A DNA stretch of 64,000 nucleotides from an uncultured virus (IMG/VR IMGVR_UViG_3300038805_000372) (Duplodnaviria > Heunggongvirae > Uroviricota > Caudoviricetes), in the IMG/VR virus record IMGVR_UViG_3300038805_000372. The stretch is one strand, 5' to 3'. The notes under the pieces are model-generated. The model saw only the letters and a program-made list of their open reading frames with translations, was not told the DNA's origin and searched no databases. The position numbers were made by a program, and so were the translations under genes. Below, piece by piece: positions 49,098 to 58,857 of the stretch (positions within the stretch are counted from its first letter, which is position 1; the number at the start of each line of letters is the position of its first letter).

Positions 49098-49366
49098 TTT
49101 TCATCGCTCCAATCTTTATCAAATTTTGTCCCACATTCACAGCAGTATTTATCACCGGTATAGGTTTCCATACGGCATACGGGGCATAGCCCACGCTCAA
49201 CTATACCGTTATAGTGTCTTACGCCAATAGGCGTCACGGGTTCATTGCGTTTGAGTGCATTTTTTATAATATCTTGACTCTCGAAAATTTTTCCACGATG
49301 GTTTTCTCTGTTTCCAGCAACTGCAAGACTGACTAAATAATTTAACGCTTCTAATTCTTTGTTCAT
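49094..49366 (-). CDS. Zinc-ribbon protein
   Basis: CPVC...YCCECG. Confidence 0.65.
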   Translation of the reverse strand: MNKELEALNYLVSLAVAGNRENHRGKIFESQDIIKNALKRNEPVTPIGVRHYNGIVERGLCPVCRMETYTGDKYCCECGTKFDKDWSDEK

Positions 49367-49382
49367 AAGAATAGTTCCTTTA

Positions 49383-49619
49383 CTATTTTTTACTTAAAAT
49401 TTCATCTAATTCGGCAGATGATTTAATGTGGTGCTTGGCTAATACATCTTCCAACTCACCCAGCGTGTCAATAGCCATAGTTAAGTTTCCGTCGGCGTAT
49501 ATTTCAATGTTCCTATATTCGCCTCTTTGAAGTTCATACATTTCTTTGTATGTAGGATTCTTTAATTCATATTTGCAAAAATAGTTGGTATCTACTTTTA
49601 TTTTTCTTGTGTGCCTCAT
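49383..49619 (-). CDS. Hypothetical protein
   Basis: ORF with RBS. Confidence 0.55.
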   Translation of the reverse strand: MRHTRKIKVDTNYFCKYELKNPTYKEMYELQRGEYRNIEIYADGNLTMAIDTLGELEDVLAKHHIKSSAELDEILSKK

Positions 49620-49721
49620 AATGTTTTCCTTCTTTCTTTTATTTTTCCGAGCGTCGCATTACTGCTTTTGTCGGTTTTGTCGGTTTTCATAAGCATTACG
49701 AAGACACCGGACGCTATAATT

Positions 49722-49925
49722 TTAATATCCACCACTCATCGAAACTAATAACACAATGATACCTGTAACCGTATATATGATAAAATAAGTTAAAAGTCCA
49801 TATCCAGCACCGCGCCTAATGTTTCTACCACCGATGGCAAAGGCGATGATTAAACCGATAAGCCCTAATAAGAAACCTAACGCAAAGCCACCACCGAAAC
49901 TGCTATTGTCAATATCGTTATTCAT
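49722..49925 (-). CDS. Small two-TM membrane protein (start MNNDID)
   Basis: GGGFALGFLLGLIGLIIA plus a second hydrophobic helix; AGGAGG RBS. Confidence 0.6.
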   Translation of the reverse strand: MNNDIDNSSFGGGFALGFLLGLIGLIIAFAIGGRNIRRGAGYGLLTYFIIYTVTGIIVLLVSMSGGY

Positions 49926-49926
49926 A

Positions 49927-50172
49927 TTACTTACCTCCTTTCTTTTCACTTTTTATATAACTTGTAATTATCGCTGATGATGTAATTAGAAACGCAATGG
50001 TGCTTATAACAACCCAATTCAGCATACAAACCTCGATGTCTAATTCAATACCGTCAATAAGATAAGTTAGTGCAAAAGTTAGTGCGATAACCATAAAGAA
50101 GAATGTATATGTTGTTAAAAACGATATGACCGTTAGACATATACAATTAAATATTTTTTCTAATGTTTTCAT
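49927..50172 (-). CDS. Small two-TM membrane protein (start MKTLEK)
   Basis: Two hydrophobic helices; start overlaps the TVP38 gene stop. Confidence 0.55.
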   Translation of the reverse strand: MKTLEKIFNCICLTVISFLTTYTFFFMVIALTFALTYLIDGIELDIEVCMLNWVVISTIAFLITSSAIITSYIKSEKKGGK

Positions 50173-50906
50173 AATTTTCCTTTCTTTTCTATTCTCTTGC
50201 TGACTTTTGAGCCAACAATGAAAATCACAATTAACCAAAACGCACACGAAGTTATGAACACAAACCAATCTAATAATGTGAATGTAGCATAATCGAAAAT
50301 GTTTGTGCCTAATACACAAATTGTCAATATGCCTAAACCCCTAAAAATAACTACATAGATTAAATGTCGCCAAAAGTTCATTTTTTGTAATCCAGCGACA
50401 AAGCACAATGCGTCATCGGGAAAAGCGGTTAATAGATACATAATAGGCAAGAACACTTTGGCTTTGCTATCAAGCAGTTTTTGGGCTTTTTCAATATCTT
50501 CTTTGCCTACTAACTTGATTGCGATTGCTTGACCACCATATCGACCGATTAAAAACATCATTTGACTTGAAATAGTAGTGCCAATTAGCAAGATGATAAA
50601 TGTGGTTAATAGACCGCCAATCGTGCCATCGTTAAATAAAATGTTGCCTAATATCGCAAAGGTCATAGCGGTTGCTGGAACGAAACATAATAGCGTTGTG
50701 ATAACGATTTGAAACAATAGAAATATTGCCCAAGACCACACGCCAAACGAGCCAATAACATTTTGTAATTCAGCAATATCGGTAAACCCCAACGCTTCCA
50801 TAGCGAAAAATAGTCCAATCGTTATTAAAGCGATGATTGCTATTGCGATAACAATGCCCAATACCGCCCTTTTATGCTCTTTAATGTAAGTTAATAGTTT
50901 GTTCAC
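50169..50906 (-). CDS. TVP38/TMEM64 (DedA-superfamily, VTT domain) membrane protein
   Basis: FVPA...G.LF...GTTISS...FLIGRYGG...FPDDALCFVAGL...M.FW...R pattern. Confidence 0.85.
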   Translation of the reverse strand: MNKLLTYIKEHKRAVLGIVIAIAIIALITIGLFFAMEALGFTDIAELQNVIGSFGVWSWAIFLLFQIVITTLLCFVPATAMTFAILGNILFNDGTIGGLLTTFIILLIGTTISSQMMFLIGRYGGQAIAIKLVGKEDIEKAQKLLDSKAKVFLPIMYLLTAFPDDALCFVAGLQKMNFWRHLIYVVIFRGLGILTICVLGTNIFDYATFTLLDWFVFITSCAFWLIVIFIVGSKVSKRIEKKGKL

Positions 50907-51026
50907 TTTATTTGCTCCTTTATTTTATCTACATACTCATTGATAACTTGTGCATGGTCTTTAATGTGAATCGCCAATTAGTGAATGGCTTTAAGTATTT
51001 CCACAACCACGATATAAAGCGTTTCA
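50853..51026 (+). repeat. Direct repeat, copy 2 (copy 1 at 1-174); junction between phages A and B
   Basis: Matches 1-174; the sequences diverge immediately afterwards. Confidence 0.95.
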
Positions 51027-51323
51027 CTTAATTGCTCCTGATTTAATCGCTAAATCATATAATCTTTTAATCGCTGATAAGTCTTTAATATTGACCGCAT
51101 TAACGCCTACGGAAGCGATGTTCCCACTTTTATATAATCCGCATATTAGTTTGTCGGTTTCGTAATTAGTAATACCGTAACTACCGCCAAAAAAACCACG
51201 ATGTAAATACCATTTTTTATTAGTATCAATAGCAAGGTATCCTGTTAAAGTGAAAACATCACGATAGTCAGTTCTTTCAATGTTTCTAAAAATTGGCTCA
51301 ATTTTAATTTCTTTGTATTTCAT
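51024..51323 (-). CDS. Hypothetical protein in the slot occupied by the N4/N6 MTase in phage A
   Basis: Same flanking sequence on both sides as 176..1618. Confidence 0.6.
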   Translation of the reverse strand: MKYKEIKIEPIFRNIERTDYRDVFTLTGYLAIDTNKKWYLHRGFFGGSYGITNYETDKLICGLYKSGNIASVGVNAVNIKDLSAIKRLYDLAIKSGAIK

Positions 51324-52735
51324 CTAATCATCTCCCTTAATATTGCTTCAAATACATTTACAACGATCCCATTACCGGCTTGTCTATAAAGTTGGGAATT
51401 ACTAACACCTGCATTTTTGGCTTTATAGAAGTCCTCATCGCTGATACCCATTAAACGCCAACATTCAAGGGGGGTTGATTTGCGAATGCGATACCATTTA
51501 TTTAGTGCTCTATAATATGCTTTACCATCAATTTCGATAACCTTGTAATCATTATTGGTTTCGTCTTGCGATATATGATCGAATAAAACCACTCCTATAT
51601 CATTTCCACTTGTCTTAATGGTTTGCGTCATGCCTTTTTGAACAACACCCCGTTTTTGATGTGGACGATTGATATAAATGCCATCGCCATCGGTTGCTTC
51701 GGCATAACCTTTTGTAGTTGCTTCTTTAATTAAAACGGTTGCTTCTTCTTTAATTAGAACAGATGCGGTTGAACCCGTTGCACCGCATTGACTTGTAATT
51801 GTTGGTGAAACATCTTTGATTTCGGTTTTATTATACGGATTAAAAAAATCTGGTATATACCCGTTTTCTTCATAAAACTCTCTATATTTTTTGGCGATGA
51901 ATGAATCTTCTTTGACTTCTTCCGCCCAATAAGGGTCTAATGGTGATGTCCGTTGACCAGCGGGTAAAGCTCCGACAACGCCGCTTTCCATAGTTTTTTT
52001 AATGTTAAATCTAAATGCTTCTGCTCTTTCATATTTCCCAGTGCTTTTAGCAGTTAATGTTTTAAGATTTTGCTCACTCAAATAGTATTTCTCATCAACT
52101 TCATCTTCAAGAACATCTTTTAAGCGTATTTTTAATGGTCGTTTGATAGGGAAATCACAAGCATAATGTTCATTTTTTTTATCGCCGAGTATCGATACCA
52201 TAAACACCCTATCTCGGTTTTGTGGTATCTCGAAATCTTTGGCATTGAGCACTTCGTTATAATTGGTATAACCGAGTTCTTCGAGTTCTCGCTGTATCTC
52301 ATTAAATGCTTTGACAAACTTGACTTGCACTAAGTCAACAACATTTTCCATAATCAATACTTTTGGTTTAATAGTGGTAGCGTGCAATAACCGCAACACT
52401 TCATATACTAAACCGCTACGAGTGCCGCCGCTTAAACCCTTTTGTTTTCCGGCCTTTGATAAGTCAGTGCAAGGGAATGACCAAGTAAATATATCGCATT
52501 CAGGTATCGTTGCCATTTTGGTAATATCGCCATAGTTTTTAACTTCGCCATGAATTGCTTGATATGATTTAATAGCATGAACATCGATTTCACTAAAACC
52601 TATTAACTCATATTTGTCAGTAATTCTCTTTAATGCCATCGCTTGACAACCGACACCAGAAAATGCCTCGAATAATCTAATCGGTTTTGACTTATCGAAA
52701 TAAAATCTTGGGTATAGCATTTCAAATATATTCAT
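51320..52735 (-). CDS. DNA (cytosine-5)-methyltransferase
   Basis: FSGVG, SFPC, MENV, PQNRDRVF and RQAGNG motifs. Confidence 0.92.
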   Translation of the reverse strand: MNIFEMLYPRFYFDKSKPIRLFEAFSGVGCQAMALKRITDKYELIGFSEIDVHAIKSYQAIHGEVKNYGDITKMATIPECDIFTWSFPCTDLSKAGKQKGLSGGTRSGLVYEVLRLLHATTIKPKVLIMENVVDLVQVKFVKAFNEIQRELEELGYTNYNEVLNAKDFEIPQNRDRVFMVSILGDKKNEHYACDFPIKRPLKIRLKDVLEDEVDEKYYLSEQNLKTLTAKSTGKYERAEAFRFNIKKTMESGVVGALPAGQRTSPLDPYWAEEVKEDSFIAKKYREFYEENGYIPDFFNPYNKTEIKDVSPTITSQCGATGSTASVLIKEEATVLIKEATTKGYAEATDGDGIYINRPHQKRGVVQKGMTQTIKTSGNDIGVVLFDHISQDETNNDYKVIEIDGKAYYRALNKWYRIRKSTPLECWRLMGISDEDFYKAKNAGVSNSQLYRQAGNGIVVNVFEAILREMIR

Positions 52736-53115
52736 TTTTCCAACCTCTAAATCTTTCGTAGTTGTGCATTTCTTTGTAAAGTTTCCGTAGATATTTTTTA
52801 TAATCGTTTTTCAAGTGATTGCTTTTCGATGTAGCAATAGCGACATTCACTCTCTCGATTTCATCTAATAATTCAAGGTAAGTAAATGTTTTCATTGTGT
52901 TTCTTTCATAAACGCCCTAATTTCAAGCGTGATTTAGTTTTTAGTATAATTTATCAATTTAGTGCGTTTCGCTTAACCTTGCTTTGTCTTTGTAGCGAAT
53001 GGCACTATTTTACGCAATTAAGGGAGGTCGGTCAGCGTGGAGGAGTGTTTTGCTATGTGTGGATATGTTCCGCCAATCGACCTCATAAGTAATATATCAC
53101 AATCTTTTTCTATTA

Positions 53116-53313
53116 TTAGTTTATCGGTGTGATTTTGGAATAAATGATGCGTTGTTCTTCTGGTTGCAAGCTCGCTTTACGCCACTTCAACACCTTTTCG
53201 GCTTTGGTAATGCTCTCGTGTTCACCGATCTCGGTTGTGGTTGTGATGACATTGCTGTCGCCCTTTAATAACGCAACGATGACTAACCGACACTTTTGTT
53301 TAATTCCTCGCAT
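53116..53313 (-). CDS. Hypothetical protein
   Basis: Short ORF in the operon; start uncertain. Confidence 0.4.
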   Translation of the reverse strand: MRGIKQKCRLVIVALLKGDSNVITTTTEIGEHESITKAEKVLKWRKASLQPEEQRIIYSKITPIN

Positions 53314-53475
53314 TTTAATTCATCTCCTTTTTATTTATGGATTCTTCATCTTCAAATATCAATCGTAATTCTTCGGCGGTAAACTCGATGTGATCGTTGG
53401 CATCAATGTTGCCCTTTTTGTATTCGGCAATAAAAGCTTCGACCGCCTCAACTAAGTATTGTTTAGTTTTTTTAC

Positions 53476-54549
53476 TCATATCTTTTTAATTCCTTTCATT
53501 GCCGAGAAGTCGATGGCTGATAGCGGTATGTCCATATCGACGGGATTATACTCGGTTAATTTTCGCTCGGCTTCTTCTTCGGTGATTTTACCTTGTGCGA
53601 CTTGTATTTTTAATTCGAGCGAGTATGCGTATTCGCTATTGGGTGTCGCTTCCGCCAATCTCGCTTTTAATAGAGCAATATGTTCTTTATTATTTATTTC
53701 TGCCATTTTGGCTTCCTTTCTTTCCTGCGCTTCGATTTGCTGTTCAGTTGGTTTCGCGGTTAAGTCAATTTCGGTTTCATCATCCCAGCGCCCTTGATTT
53801 AACCAGGTGTATGGATGTGGTATGTATTGTCCATTATCGCGTTGCCATTGTTCACTTTGCTTTTGCTCGTTAATAGCATTTAGCATTTTATCGAGTAGTG
53901 GTTTATCAACCTTATGCACCCGAAACCAATTAGCGCATTTTTGTTTGCCAATTTTTCGTGGATAATTATTCCAAAAATCATCGAATAAACTAATGCGATT
54001 TTGCATTGCTTTTTTTGGCACATCATTTTTCGTATCATTTTGGAGTTCATTGACCGTATCATCAACGAGCGGTAGCGATGTGGTAGTTTTTGGATGATCA
54101 ATAGTCTTTATATTACATTCCATTACATTACATTTATTTACATATTGGGGTGTCATTTGGTTGCCAAGTGGTTGCCAAGTGGTTGCCGAAGCGTCATTTT
54201 TTCGGCTTTTTAATCGGTATATTTTATCCTTTTCAAGTGTTAATTTACTCATGATTTCGCTATACTTTGAAGCCCTATATCTATCGCTTCTTTTCGGGTT
54301 ATGAATCCACCAATGTTTAATCACACAAACACCACTTTCGCCAAAGTGAATAATGAATTTCTTGGCAATCAATTCAGCGAGCGCGTTTTCGTTAGTGCCA
54401 ATCAATCTGGCGGTAATAATTGCATTGTTTACGACACCATCATCATCAGCAAAGAATAGCAAGGCAATGTATAATGCCCTCGCTTCAAACGAGAGCAACA
54501 CATAAGCATCGCTCAATATAATTTCTTCCGCTATACATTTCCTTTTCAT
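53476..54549 (-). CDS. Phage replication initiator (replisome organizer, DnaD-like C-terminal region); likely start MKRKC
   Basis: LS.EARALY...ADDDG N-terminus; FDDFWNNYPRK...YIPHPYTWLNQGRW. Confidence 0.8.
   Translation of the reverse strand: MKRKCIAEEIILSDAYVLLSFEARALYIALLFFADDDGVVNNAIITARLIGTNENALAELIAKKFIIHFGESGVCVIKHWWIHNPKRSDRYRASKYSEIMSKLTLEKDKIYRLKSRKNDASATTWQPLGNQMTPQYVNKCNVMECNIKTIDHPKTTTSLPLVDDTVNELQNDTKNDVPKKAMQNRISLFDDFWNNYPRKIGKQKCANWFRVHKVDKPLLDKMLNAINEQKQSEQWQRDNGQYIPHPYTWLNQGRWDDETEIDLTAKPTEQQIEAQERKEAKMAEINNKEHIALLKARLAEATPNSEYAYSLELKIQVAQGKITEEEAERKLTEYNPVDMDIPLSAIDFSAMKGIKKI
54108..54191. promoter_or_regulatory. Candidate intragenic replication origin of phage B (iterons plus AT-rich repeats)
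   Basis: GGTTGCCAAGT x2 plus GGTTGCCGAAG at 54159-54191; TTACA(T) repeats at 54112-54143. Confidence 0.6.
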
Positions 54550-54550
54550 A

Positions 54551-55354
54551 CTATTTAATTCCGCCTTTCTTCCCACACACATATGTTGGTATTTTGAACA
54601 CTTTTTCAATTTCCATCTTCATCACATATTCGTTCGCAATATCATCGGATAGGTGCATTAGGAATATGCCTTTTAGTTGCGTTTTGTTTAATTCTCTGAC
54701 GACCTTTTTTGTTCCCGCCAGCGATAAATGGTAATGGGCTTGGCGCGTGAACTTATATATTTTACTTCGCGCGATTGGGTCATCTTCATTACCTTGCGCG
54801 TGTTCCATCACTGCTTTTAATATCGCTTCAAGTTGTTTGCGAATATGGTTGCACTCGATGAATAGATAGTCAATTGGCACTTTGTTTATTTGTGATGTAT
54901 CGAATGTCTTGGTATCGTTGATAAACATTATCGTTTTTTTGCTAACCTTATCGTGAATCATAAATCCAAGTGCTGATGTATCGTGCTGCACATCGAATGG
55001 TTTAATAAAGAGGTCTGGCAGTATTTCATAAACATTGCCACTTTCGATAATGTGCGCCCGCTTGTGGTCAATTCCGCTCAATGTCGCACTATTTGCCCAC
55101 ACATCAATGTTCCGCTCTAATAATTCGCTTTTAGATAAAGAGTGGTCATTATGGTTGTGCGTTATCAAACAACTTTTTATGTTAGTTATTTGCATATTAT
55201 TGCTGATCATTTTAGACAATAAGTCGTGGTACGATAGTCCGCACTCGACTAAAATATGGCGATTGTTGGGGAAAGCCATAACATAAGCGTTCCCCGAACT
55301 CGAACTCGCCAAGCAAACAAACGATACCGAATTGTCGTTAGAACGGTAATTCAT
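54551..55354 (-). CDS. Metallo-beta-lactamase-fold hydrolase (recombination-associated); likely start MNYRS
   Basis: ASSSSGNAY, THNHNDH, HD, IECNH and LMHLS. Confidence 0.85.
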   Translation of the reverse strand: MNYRSNDNSVSFVCLASSSSGNAYVMAFPNNRHILVECGLSYHDLLSKMISNNMQITNIKSCLITHNHNDHSLSKSELLERNIDVWANSATLSGIDHKRAHIIESGNVYEILPDLFIKPFDVQHDTSALGFMIHDKVSKKTIMFINDTKTFDTSQINKVPIDYLFIECNHIRKQLEAILKAVMEHAQGNEDDPIARSKIYKFTRQAHYHLSLAGTKKVVRELNKTQLKGIFLMHLSDDIANEYVMKMEIEKVFKIPTYVCGKKGGIK

Positions 55355-56480
55355 CTTCTTTCTCTTTTTCTTCTCTTTCACCCTTTGCACCATCTTTGAT
55401 TTTTTGGGCTTTCCATTCATCGAAAGTTAAGCCACTTGTGTTTTTGGGCGTTTCGGTTTGTTCCGCCTCGTCAACGGGCGCTTGTGTGGCTTCTGGTGCG
55501 GCAATGGTAATCTCATCATCGCCATCTTGCTCTTTTAATGTTTCGATAACTTGTTCGGCTGATGTCAATCTTGGTTTTTCACGATATTGTTCATAATCTT
55601 CAAAGGTGTTTTCAAATGCCTCGCGGACGAATGTATTAGAGAAGTTTTTAGGATATTTCTTGGTGGCATTGTTCATCATCTTTCGCTCAATCATCGCTTC
55701 CCTGCTTTGTGGCATTATCCACGATGGCGATATTAGCGTTTTCTCTTTGCCATATTTATCCTTATAGATTCTTAACGATTTGTCTTTTAACATTTCATCA
55801 AGTGTCATATCTTCGATTTTATCGATAATGCTTTGTTTGGTTTCTTCATCGGCGTTGCGAGCATTATTGAGAATGTGGGCTTTAAGATTAGTTGCGACTT
55901 CTTCTCTATCACTTATTAACCATTCATCGCGACCATCGGTTTTGATAACGCGATAGACAACACGCTCGATTGGTTGTGAATATGATTTAGGTTGCCATGT
56001 TGGCGGAACTTGTCCATCAACATTAAATTGTGGGAATGTAAAGCCATCGCCTTTTCTAACTTTCCATGCATTGTCAAGCGACTTAACGCCCTCGCCATAT
56101 TTGCGGAGCAGTTTATCATTGCCAACGCCCTCAACAAAGAACTCAAACTCTTTGCGGATGATAACGCCATTTTGATAAACTTTGCGGATTTGAAATCCAC
56201 ATTCACGCGGTATCGCGTTAGTGTTCAATCTTAACAAAGCAACTTGGCTTAACACCTTTGTAATGTTGCTCTGGTCAAAGTCGCTCATCTTCAAGCCATC
56301 GGCAGTTGCGATTTCGTTTAATTTGCTGATTGCTGAATAAACGCACGCCCTTTGCTCGTCATCGAACTTGATATTATTGCTCGTTAACGATTGGGCTACG
56401 CTTTGCAAATAAACACTTTGCGCCTTTTGTAGTGCGGTTTGGAATCCGCCTTGTGTTGCAGTAATTTCTCTCTTGTCCAT
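55338..56480 (-). CDS. RecT-like single-strand annealing recombinase
   Basis: LRLN...ECGFQIR, W...REAMIERKMMNNA, acidic DELPF tail; next to the MBL hydrolase. Confidence 0.7.
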   Translation of the reverse strand: MDKREITATQGGFQTALQKAQSVYLQSVAQSLTSNNIKFDDEQRACVYSAISKLNEIATADGLKMSDFDQSNITKVLSQVALLRLNTNAIPRECGFQIRKVYQNGVIIRKEFEFFVEGVGNDKLLRKYGEGVKSLDNAWKVRKGDGFTFPQFNVDGQVPPTWQPKSYSQPIERVVYRVIKTDGRDEWLISDREEVATNLKAHILNNARNADEETKQSIIDKIEDMTLDEMLKDKSLRIYKDKYGKEKTLISPSWIMPQSREAMIERKMMNNATKKYPKNFSNTFVREAFENTFEDYEQYREKPRLTSAEQVIETLKEQDGDDEITIAAPEATQAPVDEAEQTETPKNTSGLTFDEWKAQKIKDGAKGEREEKEKEDELPF

Positions 56481-56489
56481 ATTTTCTCC

Positions 56490-56993
56490 TTATAAGATGG
56501 GATTGCCCCATAAATCATATTGTCGGGTTTTGCTTTCCGGCTCTTTAATCGGCTCGCTCGGTGCGAAGCTTTCCCAGAACTGATTGGCGAGTGATTTTTC
56601 ATCTATCACATCGCCACGCCCACTAATTAATCGACCTTGACCATCACGCCTAATCTTGCGTTTGATAATGCTGTATTCAATTAAAGGTGTCATTGCCCTT
56701 TGATATAATCGCTCGGCATATTCTTCGGCTTCGGCATCGTCTTTGGCGAACTTAATATCGCCTTGTGGATTTCTAATCAGCACTTTGCCAATTAACGACC
56801 ACGCGTCTTGTAATGCTTTGCTATCGTTATAAATGTCAATGCACTTATCGTGTTTGTGTGGGTTAGTGTTGTAGGTGTAGTGTTCGGGCAACATTTCACA
56901 TATCTCTTTTTTCGAGTAATAACGATCGTGATTGCCATCGCTCAATAAATCATGTAATCGCCATTGTCTTGGCGTTAATGTAATGTCGCTCAT
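56490..56993 (-). CDS. Hypothetical protein, possibly DNA-binding
   Basis: LTPRQWRL...SKKEI N-terminus; RBS. Confidence 0.55.
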   Translation of the reverse strand: MSDITLTPRQWRLHDLLSDGNHDRYYSKKEICEMLPEHYTYNTNPHKHDKCIDIYNDSKALQDAWSLIGKVLIRNPQGDIKFAKDDAEAEEYAERLYQRAMTPLIEYSIIKRKIRRDGQGRLISGRGDVIDEKSLANQFWESFAPSEPIKEPESKTRQYDLWGNPIL

Positions 56994-57042
56994 TTTTTCC
57001 CTTTCTTATTTATCATTATTTTACCATCTTAAATCGCTATTA

Positions 57043-58218
57043 TTAGTTTTCGCGCAATGTTCCCACCTCAATCTCGTGGAACAAATCGCTAACCTTTGCG
57101 GTGATAACTTGGGCGTTGGTTTTAATCTTGGTGGCGATGCTTTCGCTATCGAGCGCTTCGCCTTCGTCAAAGATGATCGGTAAGTCTGGCAAATTGCCTT
57201 TTCTTTTCAATGCCTCAATGATGGCAATACCAGTAATAACCTTTTCACTCGTGCTTCCCTTTTCAAATTTGGTTTGTTTACCAATAATATATGGATAGCA
57301 CACTTCTTTGAAGCTTCCCTCTTTGATATTGCTCTCGATTAGATTGAACTTTACTTTGCCGAATGTTTGCGCGATATTTTCATTTAACTTTTGATATTTC
57401 AGAGCAATGAACTGCTCTAATGCAACTTGCTTAATTTCCAATTCGCTAACTGTCTTTATAAATATGTCTTGCTGATTGACTAACTCGTTAACCAACCTTT
57501 CTTTAATCTCGGACGCTATGATTTGCGCGCTCGTTATGTAGTTCATAATGAGTTTAGTGTTAGATATATCGTTTTTAGCGGTTTTTAGGCGCGTTGCGAG
57601 GTTTTTGACTAATAAAGGTATATTGTTCCCAACTTTCTCTAATTCGCGTTGTAGGTGGGCTTGTAGTGTCGGCTCATTCGCTAACAATTCCAAGTTGTCA
57701 ATGTCGCCTGCTAATTTAATAACAATTTCACGCACCACTTTATAATCATTGATTTCAGTCCATAGTGGATTGATGATCATCGCATAGTCGCCATTATAAC
57801 CAAAGTATTCATTCAGCAATATCTCGGCATCTTTCTTTAATGGTATGTCAACGCCATTAATGATGTATTTTGTCGTATGACCCTTTAATGTGCGCGTTTC
57901 AACATTACCGCGCGACACTTCCCAAACTTCTTGATATTGCTTTTCATAAATCAGCCCATCGTGATCGCCACGAGTAAAATATGCTTTGACCGATACGCAC
58001 GTGTTTGGTTTATTGTGCGGTTTATTGGCTTGCTCGTCTGAACTGCCCGATAGTGATTTGCCTGTCATTAACCAACTTATCGCTTCAAGCACATTTGTTT
58101 TGCCGATGGCATTTTTTCCCATAATCGCGCATCTACCACTTCCAAAGCTAATTTTCAAGTGTTCGATATTGCGAAAGTTGCTGATTTCTAATGTTTGCAG
58201 TTTAATGTTATTTTCCAT
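57043..58218 (-). CDS. SMC/Rad50-like AAA ATPase
   Basis: LEISNFRNI, GKNAIGKT Walker A, coiled coil, IIFDEGE Walker B. Confidence 0.85.
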   Translation of the reverse strand: MENNIKLQTLEISNFRNIEHLKISFGSGRCAIMGKNAIGKTNVLEAISWLMTGKSLSGSSDEQANKPHNKPNTCVSVKAYFTRGDHDGLIYEKQYQEVWEVSRGNVETRTLKGHTTKYIINGVDIPLKKDAEILLNEYFGYNGDYAMIINPLWTEINDYKVVREIVIKLAGDIDNLELLANEPTLQAHLQRELEKVGNNIPLLVKNLATRLKTAKNDISNTKLIMNYITSAQIIASEIKERLVNELVNQQDIFIKTVSELEIKQVALEQFIALKYQKLNENIAQTFGKVKFNLIESNIKEGSFKEVCYPYIIGKQTKFEKGSTSEKVITGIAIIEALKRKGNLPDLPIIFDEGEALDSESIATKIKTNAQVITAKVSDLFHEIEVGTLREN

Positions 58219-58549
58219 AAAAACCATCCTTATGTATGCGATTGACTGCGATTTGAAGTTGCTTAATTAAATTGTTCAAATTGCTTTTATCGAGTGTGGT
58301 ATGGACTTCGATTTCGATTGAATTGAGTATCGGCTTAATGACACTATTGACTTCTTCGTGATAACCGCCATTATGCCATTCGACTTCTTTCCGCTCGACT
58401 TCTTCCATCGCCTCATAAAACGCTGGTGTATCATACGGGTCGGCATTGTTATATTCGCCACCTGTTAAATTAGCGATATATTCCTCTAACTCATCGTAAT
58501 TGACAAACTCTTGCCCATCATATTCATAAATCGTTTTTTTGGTTTTCAT
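58208..58549 (-). CDS. Hypothetical protein, near-identical to 1689..2027
   Basis: Shared sequence, see 1689..2027. Confidence 0.75.
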   Translation of the reverse strand: MKTKKTIYEYDGQEFVNYDELEEYIANLTGGEYNNADPYDTPAFYEAMEEVERKEVEWHNGGYHEEVNSVIKPILNSIEIEVHTTLDKSNLNNLIKQLQIAVNRIHKDGFYGK

Positions 58550-58857
58550 AATTCACTCCTTTATACGATGTTCGCGTATTTCTCGCCAATGATACAATGA
58601 ACGATATTATACTTTTGGCTAATACAATTTTCCTTTGTGAAGTTATCTAATGCTTCGTGCGTTTCGAACTCTTGCGTGGTTATTTCCCAAGTTTCAACAT
58701 CTTGCAATACCAATTTACAATAGTAATTTCCCACTTTTAATTTCCCTTTCTATTTTGCGGTTTAGTGTTTGATTGACAACTATCATACCAAACGCGATTA
58801 ACAAACCTATAAACGCGGTAATGCTTATTAGCATAAAGCACGCCATTATCAAGTTGA

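Larger units (their letters stand above)
1..50852. mobile_element. Phage A: apparently complete ~50.85 kb podovirus-like tailed phage genome (circularly closed)
   Basis: Has packaging, head, tail and replication modules. Position 1 recurs at 50853. No tape-measure, tube or sheath gene is recognisable. Confidence 0.8.

Noticed and set aside
52900..53110. Possible tRNA or ncRNA in the phage B intergenic gap
   Set aside because: No cloverleaf or T-loop consensus recognised; the pairing seen is too weak to call.
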